This document shows, piece by piece, positions 49,918 through 59,539 of a stretch of 64,000 bases of DNA (its first letter is position 1; each line of letters opens with the position of its first letter). The stretch lies in assembly GCA_034520565.1 (NCBI GenBank), contig JAXHNL010000002.1:928001-992000 (forward strand), read 5' to 3'. The position numbers were made by a program, and so were the translations under genes. Below the pieces are notes generated by a model. It searched no databases and had not been told where the DNA came from. It saw nothing but the letters and a program-made list of their open reading frames with translations. Source of the DNA: Halodesulfurarchaeum sp. GTDB taxonomy: Archaea; Halobacteriota; Halobacteria; Halobacteriales; Halobacteriaceae.

Positions 49918-52041
49918 TCAGGAACTGGCACCCCATCCGGTCAGATTCGTGGTCGCGGTCGGCTCGAGGGCGTCGCGAACGTTACCCTCGCGTACCCCGA
50001 GCGGCGAGAGGACCGCCGCCGCGGCCCGGATCGCCCGATTCCGGTAGAAGGCGGCGTCGTAGGTGTCGACCGGCTCGTGGGCCAGCCGGACCCGGTCCCG
50101 CGAGTCCTTCGCGTCGTCAACCACGACGTAGTGGACGTCCTGGCCCGGATCGACGTCGATCCCCCGCATCCGGGAGCGTTCGAGTGCGGCCACGTTTCGG
50201 GTGGACTGGGTGTACGCCCCGAGGGGCTTCGAGACCCGGTTGGTGAGCTGGAGCCGGCCCGGGTCGACGGCCCCGGTCTCGAGGTCGTCGAGCCACGCTC
50301 GAAGGGTCCGAAGGACCGGTTCCGGGGCCCGGTGCTCGTCGAGTGCCTCGAGCAGCGCTCGCTGGAGCGCCGCGACCCACGCACAGGTCGAACGCTGGCG
50401 CAGCTCGATCCCCCGAACTTTGTACAGGTCCTCGCCCGGCGCCGGGTCGCTGCGGCGGCCGAAGTACTTGGTGAGTGCCCCTTCCTCGCTCTCTTTCGTC
50501 GGGACGAAGGCCACCCAGTCGTAGGCCGCCTCGTATTCCAGGTCGATGTCGGTCCGCTCGGAGACGGTGGTTGCGATCGTCCCGAGTGGCTGCTGCTCGG
50601 TGCCCGCCCGCGGAGTCACCCAGATGGAGTCCACGATCCCGTGGAGTACGCGATACCCTCCCGCTTCGAGGTGGTCTTTGGCCGCGAGCAGGAGTCGCCG
50701 GGCAGAGGCGTTGATGGCCTCGTGGGCCTCGATCCGGCCGAACTTCGCATTCGAGAAGCCCTGGTAGCCAAAACAGGAGACGAGGATCCACTTGAGTGCC
50801 TCCGAACGCCCCTCCAACGCCGCGCGGCGCTCGGGGTCCTCACACGCCCGCAGTTCGGCCTTGATCGCTTCCCGGTCCTCGATCAGCGGCTCGAGGACGT
50901 CCGGGAGATAGCCCCGCTCCGTACAGATCTCGTAGCCCAGTCCCGGGACCGTCGTCGAGTCCTCGCAGTCCCCGCGGATCGTCTCCGGAGAGATGTTCCG
51001 GGTGACGATGATGTTCGGGTACATCGAGGCGAAGTCGAGTTCGTGGACGTCCTCGTGAAAGCCTACCTCGGGCGAGAGGGTCGTTCCGCCCCGGTCGGCC
51101 GCGTGCAGCTGGGTCATCGTCTTGAACTGCTCGTGGCGCCACGAGCGCCATGGGACGAGCACGTTCCGGCGGCGGGCCTCCCGGATCTGGATCGCGGTGA
51201 GGACGTTGCCGATGGAGGCCCATCCGAGTTCCTGGAGTGGCTTCCGGGATCGCTCGACCAGGTCGAGGACGCCCTCGAGGTTCGTCTGGCTGTAGAAAAA
51301 CGTGTTCGAGCGGTCGATGATGGCCCGGCCGGGGACGGCATACCGGGCCGGGGAGTGACCCACCTGTCCGTAACTCTCGTAGGTGGACTGGCCCGCGAGC
51401 TGTCGATAGCCCGGCTCCCGCCCGACCGATATCGGCCCGCGGTCATGTTCGGCGGCCACGTCGAACAGCTGGGCGATTATGTCGGCACTCGAGACAACGA
51501 GTACGTCCGGATCGACGGCGTGGAGCCGGTCGAGGACGGTTTCGAGCACGGCGAGCCGGTCGCCGGTGACGCGCTGGTCACCGACGCTGACCTCGCGGAA
51601 GCCGCTTTTCCCGCCCATTTCGGGCACTGGAACGTCGATTTCGAGCGTCTCGAGGTCCCGCTTCGGGACCGGCGAGCAGTCGGTCTCGAGACAGTAGCGG
51701 AACTGGCGGGAGAAATCGACGTCGTAGAGCCGCAGCGTGCCGGGTCGCTCCATGTTCGCGATCTGCGGGGCGAGCGCGTCCACGCTTTCGATGTGTCCCA
51801 TCTCGACGGCGAGCACCTCGCGTGCCTCGTGGCGCCAGCCCGGTCGCTTTTCGGCGACGGTGACGTCGGCGACGTTCGGGTGGACGGCGAGGTTCTCCCG
51901 AACCGTTGCAAGCGTGTCCCGGTCCTCGCTACCGACGTGGATGGTCGGTCGGTAGTCCGCGTCGATCGTGGCGGTCGCACCGTCGGTCGTCGCCGTCCAC
52001 CGACGGACGCGGCCGTCATCGAGGAAGTCGACGGTGAACAT
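49918..52041 (-). CDS. polB2: Family B DNA polymerase, PolB2 group
   Basis: Motif A DFASMYPNII; altered motif B LKWILVSCFGY; motif C HGIVDS; no recognisable exonuclease motifs. Confidence 0.9.
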   Translation of the reverse strand: MFTVDFLDDGRVRRWTATTDGATATIDADYRPTIHVGSEDRDTLATVRENLAVHPNVADVTVAEKRPGWRHEAREVLAVEMGHIESVDALAPQIANMERPGTLRLYDVDFSRQFRYCLETDCSPVPKRDLETLEIDVPVPEMGGKSGFREVSVGDQRVTGDRLAVLETVLDRLHAVDPDVLVVSSADIIAQLFDVAAEHDRGPISVGREPGYRQLAGQSTYESYGQVGHSPARYAVPGRAIIDRSNTFFYSQTNLEGVLDLVERSRKPLQELGWASIGNVLTAIQIREARRRNVLVPWRSWRHEQFKTMTQLHAADRGGTTLSPEVGFHEDVHELDFASMYPNIIVTRNISPETIRGDCEDSTTVPGLGYEICTERGYLPDVLEPLIEDREAIKAELRACEDPERRAALEGRSEALKWILVSCFGYQGFSNAKFGRIEAHEAINASARRLLLAAKDHLEAGGYRVLHGIVDSIWVTPRAGTEQQPLGTIATTVSERTDIDLEYEAAYDWVAFVPTKESEEGALTKYFGRRSDPAPGEDLYKVRGIELRQRSTCAWVAALQRALLEALDEHRAPEPVLRTLRAWLDDLETGAVDPGRLQLTNRVSKPLGAYTQSTRNVAALERSRMRGIDVDPGQDVHYVVVDDAKDSRDRVRLAHEPVDTYDAAFYRNRAIRAAAAVLSPLGVREGNVRDALEPTATTNLTGWGASS

Positions 52042-52045
52042 GTAC

Positions 52046-52333
52046 TCACTCCGGGGCGTTCGTCGCGTCAGCCACCGTCGCCTGCAGGGAATCGATTCGC
52101 GCTTCGAGGGTAGCGATCCGGCGCTCCTGTTCCAGGCAGATCGAGAGGAGGACGGCGTCCATCGGGTCGGCCGGGTTCTGGAAGCCGGCCGCGTCGGCGT
52201 GGGCCCGGGCGTGCTCGAAGAGCCGGTCGAAGGGATCGTGGTTTCGCCGCCGGAGGGTGTGCCGATAGTCGCTCCAGCGCTCTTCGAGGGTACGGAGCCG
52301 GTCGCGGTAGGTCGGGTTGGTGCGCCCCATCAC
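52046..52333 (-). CDS. Small helical PolB2-associated protein (arCOG07300-like)
   Basis: MGRTNPTYRD...DRLFEHARAHADAAG; sits between the RadA-like gene and polB2. Confidence 0.78.
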   Translation of the reverse strand: MMGRTNPTYRDRLRTLEERWSDYRHTLRRRNHDPFDRLFEHARAHADAAGFQNPADPMDAVLLSICLEQERRIATLEARIDSLQATVADATNAPE

Positions 52334-53004
52334 GGGCTCACCCGGGCTGTGGGCTGCTGTGCCCCCTGTGCCTCGTGGAGCGGCCGTCGTGCTCCGAGGA
52401 TCCGGGCCCAGTAGGTCAGGGTCGTCTGCACGGTGGGGCCGCGCTCGGGGTAGACCAGCGTCTCGAAGTCCGGGCCCCGGAACCGTGGGCCGAAAGCCGT
52501 CTGCTCGACTTCGATGACGCTCGTCGCGAGCCGCTCGACCGGCGCGCTGAACGCGTCCGCGGCGGTCCGGGTCGCGAGGACGGGCAGTTCCCGCTCGCGA
52601 GCGTACCGGGCCAGCCGGGAGAGGGTCTGGAGGAGGAGCTCCTCGGGTTCGGCGCCCCGGATATCCTCGTCCCGGTAGCGGGCGTCGACGGCCGGTACGA
52701 CCATGAGACTGGTTTCTCCGGTCAGTGCCTCGACCGCGTTCCGGACCAGCGCCCGGTGCTGATAGGCCGTGAACCCGCGGGCGATGTGGATTCGGTCGAG
52801 CACCCGCTTTGCGGGCGCGACCTCGGCGAGGTGGACCGAGGTTCCGTGGCCGTCCGCGTCGATCCAGACGGCTGACCCGCCCTCGAGGAGCAGGTGATCG
52901 AGCACGAGGGCGTGCAGCGGACCGGTCGCTCGTCCGTCCGTTTCGAGGAGCTGGACCCCGTCGCGCAACTGCGGCAGTTCGGGGATGGACCGCGAATGCT
53001 GCAT
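52330..53004 (-). CDS. Degenerate RadA/RecA-fold protein (ImuA-like)
   Basis: AVWIDADG, LDRIHIARGFTAYQH, LARYARERELPVL RecA-like core; Walker A lost. Confidence 0.75.
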   Translation of the reverse strand: MQHSRSIPELPQLRDGVQLLETDGRATGPLHALVLDHLLLEGGSAVWIDADGHGTSVHLAEVAPAKRVLDRIHIARGFTAYQHRALVRNAVEALTGETSLMVVPAVDARYRDEDIRGAEPEELLLQTLSRLARYARERELPVLATRTAADAFSAPVERLATSVIEVEQTAFGPRFRGPDFETLVYPERGPTVQTTLTYWARILGARRPLHEAQGAQQPTARVSP

Positions 53005-53068
53005 GGGTGATCGGAGCAGTCCCGAACCGAAAAAGCGGCCATGGACCGTTCCGACCCTTCCGGACCGG

Positions 53069-54112
53069 TCAGTCCGGCCGCGGGGCGTCCTCGACGAGGC
53101 GGTACTCGCGGCGCTGGGCGGCCCCCGAGGCCGCGAGGAGGTCGTACTGTTCGAGCTTCCGGACGTACTTCCGGACCGTCCGTCGCGAGCGCGGCTCGTC
53201 CATTCGTTCGGCATATCGCTCGTAGATCGCCCCCGGGCTGAGCGGCCCGGCCGCCGCGAGGAGGTCGTAGATCGCCCGCTGGTGGTCGTTCAGCCGGTCG
53301 AGGGTCGCCCGGCGCACGTCGTGGCTGGCCGCGTCGATCGCCGCTGCCACGTGCTCGGGCTCGATCCGCTCCGTGCCGTCCTCGACGGCCCGCCGGGCGG
53401 CCCCCTCGAGTGCAGCGATAGCGTCGCGAGCGTTGCCGTTCGCGGCCCGGGCGATGTCGACGAGCAAGTCGTGCTCGACGACGTCGGGCTGGAGGCCGTG
53501 TCTGGCCCGCTGCTCGAGGATCGGTTCGAGTTCCGCGGCCGTGTAGGGGACAAAGGGTACCTCGACGAAGGTGCGGAGCCGGGACTGGATCCGCTCGTCC
53601 AGTCCGGCAGTCACGCCGGCCCGATCGTTCGCGGTCACGACGACCGCGAGGTCGGGCGTCTCGTAGAGATCATAGAGCACTTCGGGTTCGGCGAGCTGGT
53701 CGGCCTCGTCGAGGACCACGACGACGGGCGTCTCGATCGCCCGGAGGGCGTCCTGGAGTGCCGCCGCGGCGTGGTCCCGGGTCCGCACCCGTTCGCCTTC
53801 GATGGCCTCGACGATCCGGTAGAGGACACGGTAGCGGGAGTGCTCGGACCAGCAGTTGACGACGGCGGTGTGTATGTCACCGGCGTGGGTGGCGAGTTTC
53901 TCGAGGAGGTAGCGACTCCCGCTCGTCTTGCCCGTCCCGGAGGGGCCGGCGAGGAAGAGTCCGGATGCGGGTTCGCCATCGAGGATCGGCTCGAGGGCCG
54001 TCGCCATCGTGTCGAGTTGGCCCTCCCGGGAGTGGAAATCCGCCGGCACCCAGTCGGCATGGAATACCGTTCGGTCCGCGAAGATCGCGCCCCGGTTGGA
54101 CCGACGCAGCAT
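53069..54112 (-). CDS. orc1/cdc6: Orc1/Cdc6-family AAA+ ATPase with C-terminal wHTH
   Basis: WVP.DF.SRE, Walker A GPSGTGKT, VNCW, Walker B VLDEADQL, LDERIQSRL, GNARDAI, RTVRKYVRKLEQY. Confidence 0.92.
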   Translation of the reverse strand: MLRRSNRGAIFADRTVFHADWVPADFHSREGQLDTMATALEPILDGEPASGLFLAGPSGTGKTSGSRYLLEKLATHAGDIHTAVVNCWSEHSRYRVLYRIVEAIEGERVRTRDHAAAALQDALRAIETPVVVVLDEADQLAEPEVLYDLYETPDLAVVVTANDRAGVTAGLDERIQSRLRTFVEVPFVPYTAAELEPILEQRARHGLQPDVVEHDLLVDIARAANGNARDAIAALEGAARRAVEDGTERIEPEHVAAAIDAASHDVRRATLDRLNDHQRAIYDLLAAAGPLSPGAIYERYAERMDEPRSRRTVRKYVRKLEQYDLLAASGAAQRREYRLVEDAPRPD

Positions 54113-54135
54113 GGGCGATCGTCGGTGATCGTCGG

Positions 54136-54169
54136 CCTAAACGGCATGCCTACCGTGGTGAAAGTGAAA
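54136..54169 (-). promoter_or_regulatory. TTTCACTTTCA motif (54169-54159) plus TATA-like TTTAGG (54141-54136) upstream of orc1/cdc6
   Basis: Plus strand reads tgaaagtgaaa, an exact match to the motif I recall upstream of UV-induced genes in Halobacterium; about 50 nt before the ATG. Confidence 0.7.
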
Positions 54170-54341
54170 CTTGCAAGCCGATACCGGTCAGAACCGTTCC
54201 GTTCGAGCGCGACAACGGATCGACTGCCCGGATATTCCGACTGAAACGGTCCATTTCGGCTGTATCGACACGATTACTAGAAGTCTAATGTATGAAAAAA
54301 CTCTTAATCACCTGACGAAATCGTCTAGTGGATTAGGACGA

Positions 54342-54773
54342 ATGCACGATAACATTTTGATCACCTCCGACGGAAGTGACCGGGCCGAACAGGGCGTCAA
54401 GTACGGTCTCAAACTCGCCGAGGAGACGGGAGCGAAGGTGCACGCCCTGTACGTGGTCGAAACGAAAGCCGCCTACATCTTGACCGTCGGGATTTCGGAC
54501 GACGAGATGACCGAACACGAGGCCTACGGCGAGGACGTCGTCACGGAGATCGTCGAATCGGCCGCCGATCGCGATCTGGAGGCCGTCGGAGTCGTCAAAA
54601 AGGGAAAACCCGCCGAGGAGATCGTCGAGTACGCCCGTAACAAGGATATCGACATGATCATCATGGGAAAACAGGGGCACGGAGCCGTGGAGAAGTACAT
54701 CGGGAGCACCTCCGAGAAGGTGATGCGGATGGCCGGTATTCCTGTCACCATCGTCGGACGATCGCCGGTCTAA
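54342..54773 (+). CDS. Universal stress protein
   Basis: ILITSDGS, GKPAEEIV, IIMGKQGHG, IGSTSEKV. Confidence 0.92.
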   Translation: MHDNILITSDGSDRAEQGVKYGLKLAEETGAKVHALYVVETKAAYILTVGISDDEMTEHEAYGEDVVTEIVESAADRDLEAVGVVKKGKPAEEIVEYARNKDIDMIIMGKQGHGAVEKYIGSTSEKVMRMAGIPVTIVGRSPV

Positions 54774-54839
54774 CCGGATGAACCCGCTGCCCGGTCCGAC
54801 TGAAGCCGTTCACAACAATCAAAGGCACGCGGATCAGGG

Positions 54840-55073
54840 ATGAAGACAGACGGACTCGACGCGATGAAATCGAAACGACCGACCTCTCGAACGCTATTGC
54901 GGGTATTTCTCCTGCTCGGTGGCGGTCTTTCGTTCGGGTATGGTCTGTGGGCGGAGGTGACTCGGTTCATCGGTCTCGGAGCGCTCGCAGCGGTTCTCGG
55001 CGGGGGTGGACTCGTTCACCGTCGATGGGAGCGCCACAAGCCCGAGGAACCAGATTCGGAGGCGAAGGGGTAA
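54840..55073 (+). CDS. Small two-TM membrane protein
   Basis: Two hydrophobic helices; co-oriented between the two USP genes. Confidence 0.55.
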   Translation: MKTDGLDAMKSKRPTSRTLLRVFLLLGGGLSFGYGLWAEVTRFIGLGALAAVLGGGGLVHRRWERHKPEEPDSEAKG

Positions 55074-55076
55074 TCG

Positions 55077-55229
55077 ATGGCCGAACTCGTCGCCACCATG
55101 GCAACCGTCGCACTCGTCGTCTTGCTCGGGGGTGCCGCCGTCTTTTTCCTCCGGGGGGAGTACTTCTTCGCCGGCTTTCTCCTGACGCTCGTCGCCTTTG
55201 CAATATACGTCCGCGAGAGAAACAGGTAG
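55077..55229 (+). CDS. Small two-TM membrane protein (50 aa; absent from the ORF track)
   Basis: MAELVATMATVALVVLLGGAAVFFLRGEYFFAGFLLTLVAFAIYVRERNR; starts 3 nt after the previous stop. Confidence 0.6.
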   Translation: MAELVATMATVALVVLLGGAAVFFLRGEYFFAGFLLTLVAFAIYVRERNR

Positions 55230-55422
55230 GTGTCATCTCCCCGCGTCGGTCGAGCACGCCGAAACTCGTCCTGTTTTCGCCGGTTGTGGGTTCCGGTCGC
55301 GGTTGCTGGGTTCGTTCGTGGAGGGACGAGCTCCAGTGACCGGACGATCGAGGGTGGAACGCACACCGCCACAGGAAGTATACAAACTTATTTTTATTTA
55401 TTCCTCCGTTTATCATACGAAG

Positions 55423-55848
55423 ATGTACGACACGGTCCTTATCGCGACTGACGGGAGCGAGGAGAGCGAGCCGATCGTCGAGAACGCCCTCGATATGGCC
55501 GAAATGTTCGACGCCGAGGTCCACGCGATCTTCGTCGTCGAGACGAAGGCGAATTACATCCTCACGATGGGGATTTCCGAGGGGGAACTGGAGAATTACC
55601 GTGCGATGGGCCAGGAAATCGTCGATGACGTCGTCGCCCGGGCCGAATCTCGGGGACTCGACGGGAAAGGCGTGGTTCGAACCGGGAAAATCGCCGACGA
55701 GGTCAGTGAGTACGCATCGGAGGCCGACGTGGATGGGGTGTTTATCGGCGAGCGGGGTCACGGAAAGACCATCGACAAGTACGTCGGATCGAACACGGAG
55801 AAAATCGTCCGCCAGTGTTCGAAACCTGTGACGATCATCCGCGTCTAA
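55423..55848 (+). CDS. Universal stress protein
   Basis: VLIATDGS, FIGERGHG, VGSNTEKIV; AT-rich promoter at 55380-55415. Confidence 0.92.
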   Translation: MYDTVLIATDGSEESEPIVENALDMAEMFDAEVHAIFVVETKANYILTMGISEGELENYRAMGQEIVDDVVARAESRGLDGKGVVRTGKIADEVSEYASEADVDGVFIGERGHGKTIDKYVGSNTEKIVRQCSKPVTIIRV

Positions 55849-55973
55849 CCGCCGGGAGAGCCACGGGCGCGGGCTCCTCGTTGACCGTCGTTCTGCTACA
55901 TTCGAAACGGCGAACCCGTAACGGCTGACCGACGTCGATCGGTTTCCCGCCGGTCAAAAATATCAGTCGGTCG

Positions 55974-57782
55974 TCAATCGCCGGCTTCCACGACCGTATC
56001 CTCGTCTCGCTTGTGGATGCCCGTGACGATCTCCCCTTGCGAACTTTCGACGACGACGCCCTCCTCCGCTCTGAGTTCGTCGATCCGATCGCGGAACTCT
56101 TCGGAGCGCATGATTTTGACTTCTTCGGCGAGGCCCTTCCAGATGGCGTAGATCATGAACAGGAGGATCGCCAGGAACGGCAGTCCGCTCGTGATCGCGG
56201 CCGCCTGCAGGGCATTGAGGGCCTGATCGCCCCCAGCGACGAGCAATGCGATGGCGACGAGTCCCTCGGAGGCCGCCCAGAAGACGCGGCCACCGACTGC
56301 TGCCTTGTGCTTTCCGCCGGAACTCAGGTGATCGAGCACCAGTGATCCGGAGTCGGAGGACGTGACGAAGAACGTCGTGACGAGGATGATGGCGATCGAC
56401 GAGAGGAACACCGTCCCCGGGAACTGCTCGAACATGGCGAACATCGCGACGTCCAACCCGAGTTCGTTCAGTGCCGTCATGACCGGGCCGCCGGCTTCAC
56501 CGGTCGCCTGGAGCACGTCGAGTTCCATCTTCAGCGCCGACCCGCCCAGGGCGCTGAACCAGACAAAGGACAGGATGACCGGAATCATCATGACGCCGCC
56601 GATGAACTCCCGGATGTTCCGCCCCTTCGAAATTCGGGCGATGAACATGCCGACGAACGGCGACCACGCGATCCACCACGCCCAGTAGAACACCGTCCAG
56701 TCGGTGAGGAAGGTTCCGGCGCCACCTCCGTCAGGTGCGTACCAGTGTCCCTGGAAGTACGGCCCTTCTATCGCGCCGCTGAAGAAGGACAGTTCGACGA
56801 GGTTGCTGAGGTACGCTCCGATCCCCTGTGGGATCGCCTCCAGGATGAACATGGTGGGCCCGAGGATGATCGTCGCCACAAGGAGCGTAATCATCAGGAA
56901 GAGGTTGACGTTGCTCAACCGGCGAATCCCCTTGTCGATGCCCAGGTACACCGAGACCGAGGCTATCGCCGTAATAATCATGATGAGGACCACCTGCGTG
57001 CCGACACTGAACGGAATGGCGGGGAACCCAGCGATGGATTCCCCCATGTAATTCAATCCGCGGTTGATCTGCAAGGCCCCGAGACCGAGCGACGTGACGA
57101 GACCGAACAGCGTCGCAAAGATGGTGAGGATGTCGATGACGTGTCCACCCCAGCCGTAGATGCGTTCCCCGAGGACGGGCCAGAAGATCGAGCGGAAGGT
57201 GAGCGGGAGCCCACGGTTGTACGAGAAGAACGCCAGACTGAGCGCGACCAGTGCGTACACTGCCCATGGATGGACCCCCCAGTGGTACAGCGAGACACCG
57301 AGTGCGACCTCGGCGGAGGCCTGGCTGAGTGGCTCGGCCCCGAGATGTGGCATCTGGTAGTGCCAGATCGGTTCTGCGACACCGTAGAACATCAATCCGA
57401 TCCCCATCCCGGCACTGAACAGCATCGCGATCCACGATATGTCGCTGTATTCCTGCACACCGTCGACCCCGCCGAGACGGATATTGCCGTACTTACTGAT
57501 GGCGAGATAAATCATGAAGATGATGATGATGTTCACGCCGAGGATGAAGAACCACGCGAAGTATTCACCGAGCGTTTCCCGTGCGCCGTTGAACATTTCA
57601 CCGGCGGTGTCCGGGAAGAGCAAGGAGAGAACGATGAAGAGGACGATGACGCCGCCGCCGATCAGAAAGACCGGCGGATTGACGTCGAACCCGAACCCCT
57701 TCCAGTTGTTCTCTCCCGGCTCGTGACCCGTGTCTATGTGGAACAGTTCGCCTTGGATTCCTCGTTTGCCTTCATCAGCCAT
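55974..57782 (-). CDS. BCCT-family (betaine/choline/carnitine) transporter
   Basis: MLFSAGMGIGL, HWGVHPW, WTVFYWAWWIAWSPFVG.FIARISKGR, FFVTSSDSG. Confidence 0.95.
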   Translation of the reverse strand: MADEGKRGIQGELFHIDTGHEPGENNWKGFGFDVNPPVFLIGGGVIVLFIVLSLLFPDTAGEMFNGARETLGEYFAWFFILGVNIIIIFMIYLAISKYGNIRLGGVDGVQEYSDISWIAMLFSAGMGIGLMFYGVAEPIWHYQMPHLGAEPLSQASAEVALGVSLYHWGVHPWAVYALVALSLAFFSYNRGLPLTFRSIFWPVLGERIYGWGGHVIDILTIFATLFGLVTSLGLGALQINRGLNYMGESIAGFPAIPFSVGTQVVLIMIITAIASVSVYLGIDKGIRRLSNVNLFLMITLLVATIILGPTMFILEAIPQGIGAYLSNLVELSFFSGAIEGPYFQGHWYAPDGGGAGTFLTDWTVFYWAWWIAWSPFVGMFIARISKGRNIREFIGGVMMIPVILSFVWFSALGGSALKMELDVLQATGEAGGPVMTALNELGLDVAMFAMFEQFPGTVFLSSIAIILVTTFFVTSSDSGSLVLDHLSSGGKHKAAVGGRVFWAASEGLVAIALLVAGGDQALNALQAAAITSGLPFLAILLFMIYAIWKGLAEEVKIMRSEEFRDRIDELRAEEGVVVESSQGEIVTGIHKRDEDTVVEAGD

Positions 57783-58104
57783 ACTGTCACCTCGCTTTGT
57801 TTCGTCCCGTCGCAGTTGTCTTGAACATACGTCTTGGTCACAAGTCGGTTGGTCGCGGTCTTATCGCACGGTTCAAATATTCGGACGACAGCTCCCTTTG
57901 CTCCGCTCTGTCACAACCCATGCGAACCTATAACCGAAACTCAAGTGCAGCGACTTCATTCTTTGGTTGTCTGTTCGAAAGTGGCTCGAACCCGTCGCCC
58001 GTCTCGCATCTACCGGACTCGCTTGCCTGACAACTGTTCTCACTGAGCTGCCGGGTGTGACCGCTTCGTTCCAGTGGCAACCGGTCCGCCGAGAGGACGA
58101 CAGT

Positions 58105-58410
58105 TCAGGTCTTCCAGACCACGATTCGTCCGAACCGGTACGGGCGGAGGAAAAAGGAGCCGAAAAAGAGGACGGCCCCGATTCCGAAGTCGAGACCGGC
58201 GACGGCGAGAAGTATTGGCGCGCCACCGGACCAGAACGGAACCGCCATCACGATCGTCATCAGCACGACGAACACCAGAAAGAGCCCGAGGGCCACCCGT
58301 TGGACCTCGGCACGTGGGTTGAAACCACAGGTGGGACAGGCCGTCTCACCCGCCGGAACCGGGTTTCCGCATTTTTGACACGGTCGCTCATCCGAACCCA
58401 GGGACGTCAT
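58105..58410 (-). CDS. Small zinc-ribbon membrane protein
   Basis: CQKCG...CPTCG followed by two TM helices. Confidence 0.7.
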   Translation of the reverse strand: MTSLGSDERPCQKCGNPVPAGETACPTCGFNPRAEVQRVALGLFLVFVVLMTIVMAVPFWSGGAPILLAVAGLDFGIGAVLFFGSFFLRPYRFGRIVVWKT

Positions 58411-58463
58411 ACAAATGCCTCGCCCCACCGTGGCTTAAGCCTGGTGAGACGGGTCGGTGAGGA

Positions 58464-59414
58464 CTACTGGAATGCGGCTGGACGCTCACCGGGCAGCCGA
58501 TCTCGGTCGTGTGGTGCCTCGAAATCCAGATCGGGCCCCCGGGCCACGATCCGTTTGGGATTGAGCTGGGGGTGTGTTCGGTAGTAGTGCTCCGTGATGT
58601 GGGCCATGTTCACCGTCTCGGAGACGCCGGGAAGCTGGTAGACGTCGCGGGTGTGGCCCCACAGGTTGGGATAGTCGCGGATCTGCCTGACGTTGCACTT
58701 GAAGTGGGTGTGATAGACCGAATCGAAGCGGGAAAGCGTGGCAAAGAGGCGCAGGTCGGCGAGGGACAGCTGTTCGCCAACCAGATACCGCCGATCGGCG
58801 AGACGGTCCTCCCACCGGGAAAGCGCCGCGAAGAGGTCATCGATCGCCTCGTCGTAGGCGGCCTGTGAGTCCGCGAATCCGGCCCGGTAGACGCCGTTGT
58901 TGACCGTATCGTAGAGTTCCGCGACGACTCGGTCGATTTCCTCGCGTCGATTTTCGGGATAGAGTTCGACGGCCCCGTCTCGGCGGGACTCGAAGGCGGT
59001 CGCGAGCATGCGCATGATCTCGATCGACTCGTTGTTGACGATGGTCTCGTGGGTCCGATCCCAGAGGACAGGCACGGTCGGCCGATCCGCGTAGCGCTCG
59101 TCGGCGAGGTGGTACACCTCCTCGAGGTAGTCCATGCCGTTGACCGTGTCCCGCGTGCAGCCGTCCTTTTCGGGAGTGAACTGCCAGCCCCGCTCCTCGC
59201 GATACGGGTCCACGACGTCCATCGAGATGACGTCCTCGAGACCCAGCAGTTTTCGGACGAGTGCGGCTCCGTGAGCCCACGGACACGCTCGCGAGATGTA
59301 GAGGTGATACCGGCCCGGTTCCGGCTGGAAGGCGGCGTCCGGGTCGTCCCTGATCCGGTCCCGGAAGACCGCCTCCTGGCGTTCGAATCGGCCGACCTCG
59401 TCGGACTTGAACAT
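58464..59414 (-). CDS. Glutathionyl-hydroquinone reductase (Xi/omega-class GST, YqjG/ECM4 family)
   Basis: RYHLYISRACPWAH, TVPVLWD, IVNNES, NNGVYRAGFA, RFDSVYHTHFKCN. Confidence 0.93.
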   Translation of the reverse strand: MFKSDEVGRFERQEAVFRDRIRDDPDAAFQPEPGRYHLYISRACPWAHGAALVRKLLGLEDVISMDVVDPYREERGWQFTPEKDGCTRDTVNGMDYLEEVYHLADERYADRPTVPVLWDRTHETIVNNESIEIMRMLATAFESRRDGAVELYPENRREEIDRVVAELYDTVNNGVYRAGFADSQAAYDEAIDDLFAALSRWEDRLADRRYLVGEQLSLADLRLFATLSRFDSVYHTHFKCNVRQIRDYPNLWGHTRDVYQLPGVSETVNMAHITEHYYRTHPQLNPKRIVARGPDLDFEAPHDRDRLPGERPAAFQ

Positions 59415-59539
59415 ACCGGCGTCTCGGTGCGGCGCCGTAAATAGGCGGTGTCAGCGGCAGTTTCGGACCGGTTTCGTTCCGACCCGGATTTCGCTGCCGA
59501 CCCAATTACGTCGAACCCGGGTGCTCGATGTCGATGTGA

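Noticed and set aside
54113-54341. Replication origin adjacent to orc1/cdc6
   Set aside because: There is a short AT-rich patch but no recognisable ORB pair or G-string; better explained as divergent promoters
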